Of a DNA stretch of 64,000 nt, positions 12,725 to 27,300 are shown in pieces. The DNA is taken from NCBI GenBank assembly GCA_036172245.1, contig JAYWIR010000074.1, forward strand, positions 310,001 to 374,000, given 5' to 3'. A program made the position numbers and the translations under genes. Source of the stretch: Raillietiella orientalis. Its lineage: Eukaryota. Under the pieces are notes generated by a model. That model was not told the origin of the DNA, searched no databases, and worked only from the letters and a program-made list of their open reading frames with translations. Positions within the stretch are counted from its first letter, which is position 1; every line of letters starts with the position of its first letter.

Positions 12725-15700
12725 TTATCACCCGGCTACGCCCGGGGCGTTTATTTGTAAGCTCTACATGCGTGGTACGGAACCTTACCACGGCCGTAAG
12801 CACAGGACCTGTCGGGACACCAAGACGAAGCCCGGCGTGGCACTCCCCGACAGCAAAGGGGGATGGGGATAAGACAAAAAGAAAAAGAAAAAAGAAACAA
12901 ACAAAAAGAAGTTCATGGGCAGGGAAGGCATAACTGTTAGCTGTGGGGAGGGCCCATCCGTCAAACGAAGCCCTCGAGGTCTGTGTGCACATTCCCCAGT
13001 TGGGGCCATCCAACAGCTCTCCGCAAGAAGCGTTGGGCACACGGGATGACATCCCTCGCCTGTGGACCCACTCCTTGGCTGTTGGCGTCGCTTCATGCCG
13101 CCACGATGCCACGGAGGCAGCACGAGGCTGCGATGGCTGCGGCTGGCTGCAGTGCTTCCTCCACGGAAAGGGGCCGAAGAACGTCTCTAAGCGTGCTGCC
13201 CCTAGGGAGCCCAAGGGTCGTCCCGAACCGCTACCAAAGAAGTCGGAGGGCAGCACAATCCACAATAAGGTGGGGGAGCGACTCCCGCTCCCCGCACCTG
13301 GCACACGCAGGATCCACAGCTCCTCTCGTCCAGTGGAAGCGGCGCGCGTTGCAGGGTAGACCCCACTGTAACAGAAGCGACGTTGACTTTTGCCACTAGA
13401 GGGGCATAATGCTGGATTCTTTCATCACCGGGGGCCACTTCAGCTCATCCATGGGAATGGCGAGCAGCTCGCCCCATCTTGCTAATCCTCGCGGCTGGAC
13501 GCTCGGGGCCGTGACGACGGCCAGTTCTCCAGCTGTCCTGCCGCTAATCAACTTCTCGCGTCCCTCGATGCAGCAGGAGACTTGCCACCTTGGCGTCCGG
13601 CTGCTGTGAAGTGCCCTCCTCAGAAAGCGCAGCGCCGTAGCTAGGCAGGTCGTCTCTGCCCACGTGCATCTTGATGGACTCTCCAAGAGATTCCGCAGCG
13701 TGCAGCGGGCGTAGGGGCTGCATCGGAGACGATTCCACGTATCGTGGCTTCTCTGGTTGACTACTGCCCACGTTCCAATATTCTCCTCCAGCCAGGCGGG
13801 GGAGTTGGCGGGGCAGCAAACCATCCAGCTGTTCTCCTTGGCCAATGTTGCCATGCGCCCGAGCAGTAGGCCGCATCTTCGCATCTTCCGGCCACGGCTC
13901 AGAAGAAAAGACGCGAGTCCATCGCACCGCGACACACGGCTGGCCAGGAGGCGGGCCGGAGTGCACCAAGGGGTGCTCCACATCTTCGCTGCGATGGCGA
14001 GGGTTCGCCACCGCAGCTGCTTCTCCACGCGCTCCAGCGTCAGGAGGCCAAGACCGCCGTCCCGACGCGGAGCGCACAAGTCCTTCAGTGGGACTCGGGC
14101 CTCCCCTTGCCCCAAAGGGCGATATGGAGGAGGACCTTTGTCCTCTTTTTCGATTCCATGGTTATGGGGGCAAACAAAAAGAAAAAGGCGTAGGATGGGA
14201 GTGGCGAAGGCGTTTTAAACCCTGGTCCGTTCCGGCAAGAGAAACTTGCCTTCTAGGAACGGGCCGATCGCCGTCTCGACTTTTTGGAGGCAGCTGGACC
14301 ACGCATCCTTAGGGGAGCACTCCCCCAACGGCACAACAAGGTACTTGAAGCACCTCGCCGTGAGGATCTTCAGACGGACCCAGTCCTACTTCCCTGCCAA
14401 CGCCGCACCTATTGGCACAACCGACGACTTCGCCCTGTTTACCTGGAGTCCGGTCCGGCGGCTGAGCAGATCGAAGAAGTCTCCGACCGCCTTTGCCGGG
14501 GTGGACATTGGCAACAAGAGCAGAAGATAGTCGGCGCACTCTGCTGCGGCGGGCGTGCCGGGGCATGAGCTCGGCAAGGGTGCCAAAGTCACCCAGTACG
14601 CTCTGAGCACCAACTCAAAGTAGGTGCTTCAGAGCAGGGTGATGAGGCTATCTCCCTGCCTTATGCCCCGCCGCACCGGCACGCCATACAAGTTGTTACC
14701 ACTGAAAGAGACGGTAATCATCTCATTCCGCCAGCAAGAGCGCAGGTAGGAAATCAGGGAGGTTGGGAAGCCCATGCGACAGAGGAGCTCGAAGAGGAGT
14801 TCCATGTCTACACAGTCGAACGCCTTTTGGAGATCGATTGCGAGCGCTAGGGCCCCCTTCCCTGCACAGGGTTCACTTTTTAGCTTGGCTGGCGGCCCCA
14901 ATGGGGGTTGCCGACTTTCCCTATCCCTTCCTTCTCTTTTCTCTGCAGGAGCACCCATGTGCTTGCGAAAAAGTGGTTGGCATCCATACTTTGCCCGGGA
15001 ACAGCATAAGTCTGCTCCGGGCAAATCACGGATTCTGCCACCTGCCCCAGACGCGAAGCCCATAGCCCTGCTATCAACTTGGAATTTGTATTCACGATCG
15101 TGATCGGACGCCAGTTCTTTAACTAATTGAGGTCTCCATGTTTCGGAAGGAGTCTCACTCTGGCTGACCGAAACAAGGCGGGAACATCGTCTTCGTCTCG
15201 GATCAGCCTGATCAACATAAGCAGCAGGGGTGCCAGCTTTTCCGCGAAGCTCTCAAAGAACTTCGCGGGCAAGCCGTCTTCCCCTGGAGCTTTACGCCTC
15301 TTGAGCCTTTTGATACCGGCTAAAATTTCGCCGGTGATAAAAGGCTCGTCGAGGCTTTCCATCTCCTTCTCCCCTATTGCCGGGGCGCCATCCGAAAGCA
15401 AGCGCCGAGAGGCGTTTCGATCCGGGGTTCCCTGGCGTAGTGGGAGGAATAAAAACTCTGCACGACATGCCGTACCGACGTAGGGGACCAACATTCACGG
15501 CTATGGTCGTCCAGCAACCTGGCCGACCCGGATTGCCAGGATTGGCGTTTGGCCCAGGCGCGGTACTCGGCCAGGCGACGCACATTTAGGGTTCTCTCGT
15601 ACCTTTGAGCCTGTTAATAGGCCCGATGGTTGCGAGGACCCTCGCCGAATGCGGGTGGCATGCGGTCCAGGGGCAACTGTTAGCACAACTCCCGGACCGA

Positions 15701-18368
15701 GGCCTTGAGAAGGTCCCATTCCTAGAGATTCTGTCGCGTGACGCCTCTCAGGAATTCGCGAAGGTGTTCCTTCGCACCTGAGAGTCGCGTCCAGTCCCCC
15801 GGCAGACGCCAATCTCTGGATGGCGGTCCCTTTTCGCGAGGCCGCATCTCGAAATTTAACCGGGAATGGTCCGACAACTTCGACGCAACCCTTCCTCGTT
15901 TGCTGACTTGTGAACACAGTTCAGCGTCGAAGAAGACGTGGTCGATGCTGCGAACCATTCCCCTCTCACCTGCGAACAAGTTGCGCGCACGCATGGCGGC
16001 CCACAACTCGTTCATCGCGTTCTCTTGTGTTTCTGGCTCACCTGTTAGCAGACATAGATTGAAATCTCCCGCTATCAGATGAGCCTTCCGCACGTCCGTG
16101 TCCGCCAGCCAGTCGCGCTTCAGGGATTCCAGCAGCCTGGTACGGTCGCTGTATCCCTGTTTACCGCTTGGAGCGTACACATTCGTGACTATCAGTTCGA
16201 TCGAGTCGGACCAGCTGAGAATCTGCTGACCGACCCGACCGTCGTCATCGAAGCGCACGCCCTTCACGGCAGCGTCGATGGCCGGCTTCACGAAGAACGC
16301 GACCCCGCAGATGTTGCGGAGGCCGCACCGCCAATACAACCGGCCCCCCGCGATCGTCTCGATCTCCTGGGCGTCTGCCGCGGTGATACCTTGGATCTCC
16401 TGCAGCAGGGCCAGGTCGAGCTCACGCAGGGTGTCGGCCGTATCTCGCCTGTTACCGTCGTCGCGCAGCCCGTTGACGTTCCAACAGGCGGCGCGAATCC
16501 GACGGCGACTGGCGAGCCCAGGTGTTACTCCTGGGAAGATGGCGATGCGGCGTCCGCCACCTGTTAAGGCGGGACGCTAGGTGGAGGAAAAGGGTCAGGC
16601 GCTGCTTGCACCTGGTCCCCCTCCTCCATGGGTAACGGCGCCTCGAGCGGTTCACCCTCTGGTGGGGTCGCGTTTACCTGTTCGCCCTCCTCCATGGGGG
16701 CGGGCTGTTCAGGCTCGGCGACTGCAGGTAGGACTTTGCCCCCCTGCTCACTCTTCTCCATGGGGGTGGACGGCTCGACGGCTCCCGAGCGTGGGAGTTC
16801 CCCCTCCAGGTTTCCCACGCTGCCACTGACTTCCTGTTTCTCCTCCTCAATGGTGGAGGAGAGGCGCCTTCTGCGTTTCTGGGACTTGCGAACCGACTTC
16901 CAGGAGTTGCCTCCGAGGAGGAGGATGTGCTTTCGGCCCCCAGGTCCAACTCACCTGTGGGGACCTTTTTCGCGGGAGCCGGCCTCCGCACGTCCTTCCG
17001 TGAAGGGTTCTCACGCTCCGCCAGCGTGGCCGAGAGCTCCTCCGTCGCCTTTGAGAATGTAATGTCCTCGGTGTCGACCAGCGCGTCGCGCGGCTTACCC
17101 TCTGCTTGCACAGAAGGTTTGCCGTCGCGATCTTCGGGCGCGACGGAAACGGCGAGGGGAGGCTCGTCGACGCGGGTGGCATCTTCAGGAACGACGATAC
17201 GTTCCAATGCCACCGTGCACTCGCGTTAGGTTCTCGAACGCGGCACGAGTTTTTTCGTTTTACCGGTCGACTTCTCTTTCTTCTCCTTTAAAGGAGCTTT
17301 TTTTTCTTTTCTGGCTGCTACAAGTTGCCAGCCCTCTTTTCCTTCCTACTATTGGGAAGGTTTATCTTCCGTCTTTTCTTTTGGAGGTTGAGGATCTGGC
17401 AGCTTCAGCAGGCCAGCGTCCGCCTTAGGTCTTGTGACCTTTACTGCGCGTTTCCCCTGCGCCTTCTTCGCGGCAGGAGAAACCGGGGTGGGGAGTTTTG
17501 GGCACACACCTTGAACATGGCCCTTCTCCCCGCACATGTGGCTTTGGATGTTAGGACACCTCTTGCGAATGTGTCCTACGGTATCGCAGTAGCCGCAATA
17601 CCGGGGCTTTCCCACGTACCAGAGGTCCACGCTCTCTTGCGCGACCTCCAGCTTGTGGGGAAGCCCACAGTCCTTACTCACGGTTACCCGCGCTGCAGCC
17701 TCGCCTCCGAAATGGCTATTGAAGCCTCCAAAGATTGTTGGCTTAGGCCACAGCGCGTGCACCTCGCCGAACTTCCGTAGTTCTTGTGCTACCGCAGAGC
17801 GAGTCATACGGCTTGTTATTCCAGTGAGATGGACCACCACGGAGCGGTCAATCGTCACCGGCAAGATCTTGCGGCCGTCGACGTTCAACGGGTTGGTGAT
17901 CAGAGTCTGAGCCAAGGTCATCTCCTTGCACACCACCTCGACTCGCTGACCTCCGCTGAGAACGGACAAACCGTCAAGATCTTGTTCTCTTACTCCGGCG
18001 GTTTGCAGCGCTTTCGAAAACGCGCGTGCCGTTTTTCCGTCAAATAAGATGCCTACCTGGTACACCAAGCTGGGCTTGTACTAAGCTGCCCGGTAGGCTG
18101 CCATCTCGGCCACGGTTTCCGCGCTCGGCGCGGCCACCATGGCGCTCCAGCTCCTCGCCTTGGGCGGCGAGTGCGATTCCGGGGCGGACGCCCTTGATTC
18201 TGTAGGCTGTGGGGGTGGGCAAGCCTCCCCCACACCTACCTCCATCGTGGTGTTCTCAGGCATCGCTGCTATCGGACACCAACGATGTTCCACACGAACA
18301 CACACAAAAAAAAAACCGATTCCTCCCGACTCACTTTGGAGCGAAGGAAAAACACGTCCACTCGCCAA
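12725..18368 (-). mobile_element. E6: full-length (about 5.6 kb) degenerate RGFG-targeting element
   Basis: Both termini visible; ORF1 about 18263-16525 (ORF 17349..18068 with CCHC), ORF2 about 16525-12930 with multiple lesions; flanked by GAGCTTCGGCG (12714-12724) and GGGCTTCGGCG (18369-18379). Confidence 0.9.
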
Positions 18369-18379
18369 GGGCTTCGGCG

Positions 18380-21300
18380 TTGTCACCGGGGTACGCCCGG
18401 GGCGTCTATTTGTGAACTCTACATGCGTGGTACGGGGCCCCAACACGACCGTAAACACGCGAACTGTCGGGACACCGGGACGCAGCCCGGCGTGGCACTC
18501 CCCGACAGCGAAGGAAGATGGGGATAAGACAAAAAGAAAAAAAACAGGAAACAAACAAAAAGAAGTTGGAGGGCAGTGAAGGGATCACTGGTCGCTGTGG
18601 GGAGGGCCCATTCGTCGAACGAAGGCCTCGAGGTCAGTCTGCATATTCCCCAGTTGGGGCCATCCGGCAGCTCTTCACAAGAAGCGTTGGGCATATGGGA
18701 TGACATCCCTCGCGTGTTGACCCACTCCTTCCTTGTTGGTGTCGCTCCATGCCTTCACGATGCCTCGGACGCAGCACAAGGCTGCAAGGGCTGCGGCTGG
18801 CTGCAGGGCGTCCTTCACGAAGAGGGGCCGAAGAACGTCTCTAGGGGAACTGCCCGTTGGGAGACCGAGGATCGTCCCAAACCGTTCCCAAAGAAGACGA
18901 AGGGCAGCACAGTCCACAATAAGGTGGGAGAGCGATTCCCGCTCTCCGCACCTGACACACGCAGGATCCACAACTCCCCTCGTCCAGTGGAAGCGGCGTG
19001 CGTTGCAGAGTAGACCCCAGTGCAACAAAAGCAACGCCGACTCTTGCCACTTGAGGGGCAGGATCCTGGATTCTTTCATCACCGGGGGCCACTTCAGCTC
19101 ATCCCTAGGGATGGCGAGCAGCTCGCCCCATCTTAACGATCGTCGCGGCTGGACGCTCGGGGTCGTGGCGTCGGCCAGTTCTCCTGTTGTTCAGCCGCTG
19201 ATCAACTTCTCGCGTTTCTCGATGCAGCAGGAGACTTGCCACCTTGGCGTCCGGCTGCTGTGAAGTGCCCTCTTCAGGAAGGGCAGCGACGTAGCTACGC
19301 AGGTCGTCTCTGACCACGTGCATCTTGCTGGAATCTCCAGGAGATTCCGCAGAATGCAGCGGGCGTAGGGGCTGCAGCGGAGACGATTCCACGTCTCGTG
19401 GCTTCTCTGGTGAATCACTGCCCACGTTCCAATATTCTCCTCCAGCCAGGCGCGGGAGTTGGCGGCGCAGCAAACCATCCAGCTGTTCTCCTTGGCCAAT
19501 ATTGCCATGCGCCCGAGTCGTAGGCCGCATATTCGCATCTTCCGGCCACGGCTCAGAAGAAAAGACGCGAGTTCATCGCACCGGGACACACGGCTGGCTA
19601 GGAGGCAAGCCGGAGTGCACCAAGGGGTGCTCCACATCTTCGCTGCGATGGCAAGGGTTCGCCACCGCAGGTGCTTCTCCACTCGCTCCAGCGTCAGGAG
19701 GCCAAGACCGCCGTCCCGACGCGGAGCTCACAAGTCCTTCAGTGGGACTCGGGGCCTCCGCTTGACCCAAAGGGCGATACGGAGGAGGTCCTCCGTCCTC
19801 TTTTTGGATTCCACGGTGGGAGGGGCAAACAAAAAGCAAGGGGCGGAGGATGGGGGCCGCGAAGGCGTTCCAAACCGCTGCCCGTTCCGGCAAGCGAAAC
19901 TTGCCTTCCAGGAACGGGCCGATCGCCGTCTCGACTTTTTAAAGGCAGCTGGACCACGCTTCCGCAGGGGAGTAGTCCCCCAACGGCACACCAAGGTACT
20001 TGAGGCACCTCGCCGTGAGGATCCCCAGACGGACCCAGTCCTGCTGCCCTGCCAACGCCGCACCTATTGGCACAACCGACGCCTCCGCCCTGTTAACCTG
20101 CAGTCCGGTCCCGCGGCTGTGCAGATCGAAAAAGTCTCCGACCGCCTTTGCCTGGGTGGACATTGGCAACAAGAGCAGAAGATCGTCGGCGTACGCTGCA
20201 ACGGCGGGTGTGCCGGGGCACGAGCTCGGCAATGGGGCCAGAGACACCGTGTACGCTCTCAGCACCAACCAAAGTAGGTGCTGAAGAGCAGGGGACTGAG
20301 GCTATCTCCCTGCCTTATGCTCCGCCGCACCGGCACGCCATGCACCTTGTTACCGCTGAAAGAGACGGTAATTATCGCATTCCGCCAGCAAGAGCGCAGG
20401 TAGCAAATCAGGGAGGGTGGAAAGCCCATGCGATCCAGGAGATCCAAGAGGAGTTCCTCGCCCACACTGTCGACTGCCTTGTGCGCTCCAGGGTGGACGT
20501 GTTTTCTCGGTGCTCCGCGTGCCAGGAACTCTCCCCCAGTGCAAGCGACGTGTAATTCGGTGGTCGATCAGGCAGCGATGCCTGACGCGTCCACCAGGGA
20601 TGGCCAGGGTGCAGCGGCAACGCCGCCCTCAGAGACGATGGAGACCCAGGGGGCGGCGGCAACGTAATCCCCCAGAGGAGATGGAGGTGGGGGCATCCGC
20701 CCCCACAGAATCGGTCCCCGCTGCAGCGCGGGCGTGGATCGCCGTTGTGTCGGCGCCATCGCCTGCAGCCGCGGCGGAATTGTCGGCCTATGTAGAGAAG
20801 TACAACCCCTCATTGTTCTACAAGGTAGGCAATCTATATTCTTTAGAGAGCGCAACCGCCTTCTCGAAGGGCATGCGCGCTCTCGATGTGAAAGAGGAGG
20901 TGCTCAACGCTATGACCATCCGCAGCGGGGGTCACTACGTTGAGGTCATCTGCAAACATGCAGAGCTGGTCCAACGACTGCTTCAAACTTCCGTGGTCAT
21001 GGGGACGCGCTGGCTCTTCCCTATTGAGGCGGACCGCAGCATGGTGGTCCACCTGTTAGGTGTTACCGCGCGGATGCGCTAGAAACAGGTTCGTGCCGCG
21101 TTAGAAGAATACGAAATGGTCCACGCGCAGTGAACGAAAGTCAGTCCCTCCGAGGACTAAACGGGGCTGCAACACGGCCTTACTGCTGCGCGCGTGACCG
21201 TTCGGGAGGGGTGCACTCTTTCCCACAAACTGGTGGTCGAAGGCGAAACAGTCGACCTCTGGTATGTTGGGAAGCCGAAATACTGTGGCTTCTGCAATAC

Positions 21301-24300
21301 GTCGGGCCACCTCAAAAAGAGGTGTCTCAACGTGCAGTGCCAAGTATGCGGCACAATGAACCACACGAGGGAGGTGTGCCCAAGAGCAGCAGTGCGGGTG
21401 GTTTCCAAGAGAAACCTTAAAAAACGCGCCCGGCTTCTGCAGAAATGGCTGGCGGCGAAAGCTGCCGCGAAGGCTGTGCCACCCGCGCCCAAGACCCAGG
21501 CCGCACCCGAGACCCCGGCGACCAACGCCGAAAAAGTTGAGAAAGCCATTCAGGAGACTGGGTTGCAAGTGGCAACGGACTAAAAATCAAAGAAGGAGAG
21601 GAGGATGGAAAAGAAAATCGCCCACCAACAGAAGCAGAAAGAGCAGGGTAGCGCGACTATAGAAGAGTGCAGCGTCGTTGTGGAACGCGTTCTCGATGTT
21701 GCCGAACACTGCCGGAAAGAAGTCACCGCTTGCGACGTCCTCCCCTTTTTTGACACAGTCAACAGCGAGGGGAGCGAGCCGGCGGCGGCGTCCGCCATCG
21801 ACACCGCCATCGATGACGTGGCCTCGCTGCGAGCCGCGGAGGAACTGGCAGCCTCGTTGCAGCCAGAACCTTCCAAGGCTGGCAAGAAGGCCTTAAGGCG
21901 CCCGTCCTCCCCTCAGGAGTCCCCCACTTCCGACCCCGAGGTGGAGGCAGGAAGCGCAGCCTCCGTTTCCACGGCACCGCGCAAGAAGGCTGGACGTTAG
22001 TCCACAAAGCCAAGGAATCTCGTCTCCCCCGTCGAAGGGGAAGAGATGGCTTCCGCAAGCGAGGGCGCCATGAGCGTGGGAAACCCTCGGGACCCATCGC
22101 CCGAGAGACTCTTACGCGCGGACATGGAGGGGATGGAGGGGGTGGAGGCCGTTCAGGTGCCTCAGGTGCCTGAGAAGGCTGAAACCCCCATGGACATCCC
22201 GCATGCCTCGCAAGAGTAGGACTCCCCACACCTTAATCTTCCCAGCAGTAATGCCGGCAATCTCCTCCTGCCGTCGTCTGCGCATCGCCGTTTGGAACGT
22301 GAACGGCTTGACAGACGCCGGCAGGAGACAAGACATGGCCGCCCTTCTGGAGTCCTACGACCTTGCGCTGCTGCAGGAGATCCACGTGATCTCTGCAGAA
22401 CAAGCGCAAGAGATCGAACGGATCTCCGAGGTCGGCTATGGTACAGGTGTAGGAGAGCGAAAAGTTGCGGAGTCGCCTACCTGCTTCGGCCAGCCGTCGA
22501 GGCCGCGGCTCGGGGCGTGCGGTTCGACGAGCACGGTCGTTTCGGCCAGCTGACTCTCAGGTGGTCCGACTCGACCGATCTGATCGTCACGAACGTGTAA
22601 GCACCGAGCGGCAAGGTTTTAATGAACAGTAGGGCGAGGAAAGAGTTTTTCCTTGCCGTCCGGCGAGACTGGCTGACCGATGCAGGCGTGCGGAATGCCC
22701 ATCTAGCTGCAGGCGATTTCAACGTTCGCCTGTAACCAGATGGGCAGAATCCCGAGCGTGACCTGGTCAACGAGGTGTGCATGGTGGTGCACACCTGTAA
22801 TTTGTTGACCAGTGCACCGGGGATGGAAGACAGCATTGACCACGTTTTTCTTGACGAGCACCTGTGCCCTCGCGTGGGCAGGCGCGGCAAGTTACCGTGT
22901 GAGCTGTACGACCATCGCCCGCTAGTCCTCGAGATCCATCCGCGCGACAGGGGCCCCCCCTCGTCAGCGTGGCGTCCCCCAGGGGACTGGTTGAAGCTCC
23001 CGGACGCGGCGGAACATCTCCGCACGTTCATACGGAGCTTCAGGCTGCGAACATTTCAGGATTGGGACCGCTTCAAGCGGTCGGTCCAGGAGTCCTGCGA
23101 CCAGTTCCCTCTGTACCGCCTGCCTACGGGTTTTGGGACCGGGGTCCATAACGAACGAGCCTACCTGCAGGCCCGTCGTAACGCCAGGACCCCCGACGTC
23201 CGCAGGCTAACGGAATACAAAGCGGGAGCCGAGAGGCAAGCCTGCCAGTCCGGTTCTTCCAGCTTACTGGACGATCAGCGCCAGTAGCACTCGGCACCTG
23301 CCCAAATCCGCGGCCTGCTGCGTAGTTAGTACTCCTCCCTGTATGCCAGGGCACCTCCGCAGAGGAACGTCTCACGACTCTTGCTTCCGGAAGGCGCTTT
23401 AGCGATCGGGGAGGAGCCAAGAAAGACCCTCGACGAGCCTTACACGATGGACGAGATGCTCTCGGCCATCGGAAAGCTCAAGACGCGAAAGGCTCCAGGG
23501 GAGAAAGGCCTGCCCGCGGAGTTTTATCAAACTTTCGCGGCTGAGGTTACCCCCCTGGTACAGCAACTCACCTTGCTAATACGCGAAAAAGGTAACGTTC
23601 CCGCGTCGTTTCGTTCGGCAAAGGTGCGGCTCCTCCCTAAGGGAGGAGACCTGAGGAGCATGAACAACTGGCGTCCCATCACAATAGTGAATGGGGACGC
23701 TAAGCTGATAGCTAAGGTTTCGGCAGAGCGGTTGAGAAAAGTCGCCAACATCTGGATGAGCCAGGAACAGACATATGCTGATCCCGGGCGAAGCATGGAG
23801 GCGAACCTGTTCCACGCATCCACCTGGCTAGAGCTCCAACATGAAAGGAGCTTGGTACGCAGCCGGAATTCCGGTGCGTGCGCCGGCAAGAAGTTGGATG
23901 GTCGGGTGAGGGAGGGAGCCCTTGCAGTCGCAATCGACTTGCGAAAAGCATTCAATTGCGTCGACCAGAATCTCCTTCTAGAGCTTCTGGAACGCTTGGG
24001 CTTCCCGGCCTCATTAGTGGCCTATCTGCGCTCCTGCTGGCGCGACGCGCTCATCAATGTTACTTTTAGCGGGCAGACCGTGCGCCTCGTGCCGGTGCGG
24101 CGTGGGATCCCGCAGGGAGACAGCCTGAGGCACTTGCTCTTCAGTACCTACTATGAGTTGGTACTGAGAACGTACAGGGGAACTCCTGCGCACCTGCCGC
24201 ACGACTGTGCCGGTACGCCGGCCGTTTCAGCATACGTGGACGACCCTCTGCTGCTGCGCCCTATGTCCACCCCGGCTGCGGCGGTCGAGGAGTTCATCGA

Positions 24301-27300
24301 CCTGCTGCATCGGGGAACCGGGCTTTCGGTGAACAGGGCGAAGTCGTCGGTGATGCCAGTTGGCGCGGCGTGGCCAGGGCAGCAGGACTGGGTCCGTTTG
24401 GGGATCCCTATGGTGAGGTACTTCAAGTACCTTGGTGTGCCGTTGGGGGACTACTCCCCTGCGGAAGCGTGGTCCGGCTGCCTCCTAAAAGTAGAGACGG
24501 CTATCGGCCCGTTCCGAGGCGGCAGGTTATTCCTGCCTGAACAGGCCGCGGTTTGGAACACGTTCGCGGCTCCTCTCCTCCGCTCCGTGCTTTTTGTTTG
24601 CCCCCCCACAGTGAGGATCAAAAAGCGGACGAAGGACCTCCTCCGTGTCGCCCTTTGGGGCAACGGGAGGGCCCGAGTCCGCTTAAAGGACTTGTGCGCT
24701 CCTCGTCGGGATGGTGGTCTGGGCCTCCTGACGCTGGAGCGGCTGGAGCTTCAGCTCCAGTTCTGCTTGTCGGCACTCGTTCCAGAGTTGTGGTGCACCT
24801 GTTGGTGCGTCCCTGCACGTCTCCTACTCCAGCAAGCCACCGGCAAGACCGGACTGACGTCGTTTCTTGCACTCCGTCGCCGCGTGAACCGATGCGGACA
24901 CTACCTAGGGAGGGTGGCTGCGCTGTATCGAAAAAACCCAGGATTGCTCACCTGTCGCCCGTTGAACGGTAGTGCCTGGTTGCAGGAAACCGTTCGAACG
25001 TGGGGAGAGTTCGGCATGCAACGCTCCCAACAGGAACGAAGGTTCCTGTTTGGGGGTTACAGAAGTTGCACGGTTTGCGAGATCCCAGAGGATCCAAAGA
25101 AGAGAGCGTGGGCAGGAAGAACCCCCCTCGCTGCTGCGCTGCCCTTCCTGATGGAAGATCTGGACAGCGATGTTGCGGCGAAGTGGGTGGTCACAGTAAC
25201 AATCTCCGGAAAGAAGAAGATAGGAGAGTGGAAGCCGGGCCAGTTAACAGACGCAGCGACCCCTAGTACGCCTCCCAATGGACTTCTGCGCTGGGGCGCG
25301 CTGCTCGATGTTCCCATTGAACATCTGAAGTGGTCCCCGGTGCTCATGAACACTTCCGCCCTGCTTTAAAATGGCAGGAGTCGGCTCTCCTGTTGCAGCA
25401 CTGGGGACTCCCCTGCAACTCCCGCCGACACCACTGGACCTGGGGAGCGGTGGACCCCAATTGCGTCAGGTTTGGGGAACGGGATTCCCTCCACCACCTG
25501 CTAGTGGATTGTGTTGCCCTTCGGCCCCTTTGGTTCCCCTTTGTTGCGGCCACTGGAATCCCCTGCGGCAACCCCAGGGACGCACTGAAAGCCCTCTTCG
25601 TTGCCGACGCCCTCCGGCCAGCGGCCTCGTTAGCAGCTTTGTGCTGCCTACGCGGGATCGTCACCGCTTGGAGAAAGGCTACGAGAGGACAACGCGACCA
25701 GAGTGCCATCCAGCAAGCCTCGCAGTTCCTGAGGAGGGCGTCCCGATGGCCCCACCTGGATCCAGGAATACAGAAGGAGCTCCGGCATCCTGCAAAGGAT
25801 GGAACGGCCCCACCAGCAACTGTGATCCCTTCCCTTACCCTCCCACTTTTCTTTTCTTTTTTGTTTTGTTATTTGTTTTCCCCCCTTCACTCTGCTGCCG
25901 TGGTGGACCGTAGCGGTCTGCAAACCGGTGACCCGGCAGGCTCTGTTTCTTCGTGCGTGGCTGGAGCAATGGGCCAGCCACCGCACGTCTTTGTAAAAGT
26001 TTATTTTTCAATAAACGCCCCGGCGAAATCCGGTTGAAAATCGAACGCCTTGTGGAGATGGACTGCGAGCGCTAGGATCCCCTTCGCCGCCCGGGGTTCC
26101 CTTCCCAGCTTGGCTGGCGGTTCCAATGTGGGGTTGCCGACTTTCCCTATCCCTTTCTTTTCTCTTCTCTGCAGGTGCACCCATGTGCTTGCGAAGAAGA
26201 GGTTGCAATTAATACTTCGCCCGGGAACAGCATAAGTCTGCTCCGGGCTAATTACGGATTCTGCCACCTGCCCCAGACGCGAAGTTCATAGCTTTGCCAT
26301 TAACTTGGCGTCCGTATTCACGATCGTGATCGGACGCCAGTTCTTTAAATCCCTGAGGTCTCCATGTTTCGGAAGGAGCCTCACTCTGGCTGACCGAAAC
26401 GAGGCGGGAACATCGCCTTCGTCTAGGATCAGCCTGATCAACTTAAGCAGCAGGGGTGCCAGCTCTTCCGCGAAGCTCTGAAAGAACTCCGCGGGCAAGC
26501 CTCCTTCCACTTAAGCTTTACGTTTCTTGAGCCTTTTGATACCAACTAAAATTCCGCCGGTGGTAAAAGGCTCGACGAGGCTTGCCATCTCCTTCTCCCC
26601 TATTGCCAGGGCACCATCCGAAAGCAAGCGCCGAGAGGCGTTACGATCCGGGGGCTCCCTGGCGTAGAGGGAGGAATAAAAACTCCGCACGAGATGCCGT
26701 ACCGACGCCGGGGACGAACTTTCCCGGCCCTGGTCGTTCAGCAAGCTGGCCGACCCGGATTGCCAGGCTTGGCGTTCGGCCTTGGCGCGGTACTCGGCCA
26801 GGCGACGGACATTAGGGGTTCTCTTGTACCTACGTGCCTGTGAATAAACTTGATGATTGCGAGCACCCTTGCCGAATCCGGGGGGCAGGCGATCCAGGGG
26901 GAACTGCTCACAGAACTCGCGGACCGATTCCTTAAAAAGGTCCCAGTCCTGGAGATTACGGAGCGTGACGCTTCTCAGGTATTCGCGAAGGTGCTCCTTC
27001 GCACCTGAGAGTCGCGTATCGTTTCCCGGCAGACGCCAGTCCCTGGATGGCGGTCCTTTGTCGCGAGGCCGCATCTCGAAAATTAACCGGGAATGGTCCG
27101 ACAACATCGACGCAACCCTCCTTTGCTTGCCGACCCGTGAACACAGGTCAGCGTCGAGGAGGACGTGGTCGATGCTGCGAACCATTCCCCTCTCACCTGC
27201 GAACAAGTTGAGCGCACGCATGGCGGCCCACAACTAATTCATCGCGTTCTCTTGTGTTTCTGGCTCACCTGTTAGCAGACATAGATTGAAATCTCCCGCT

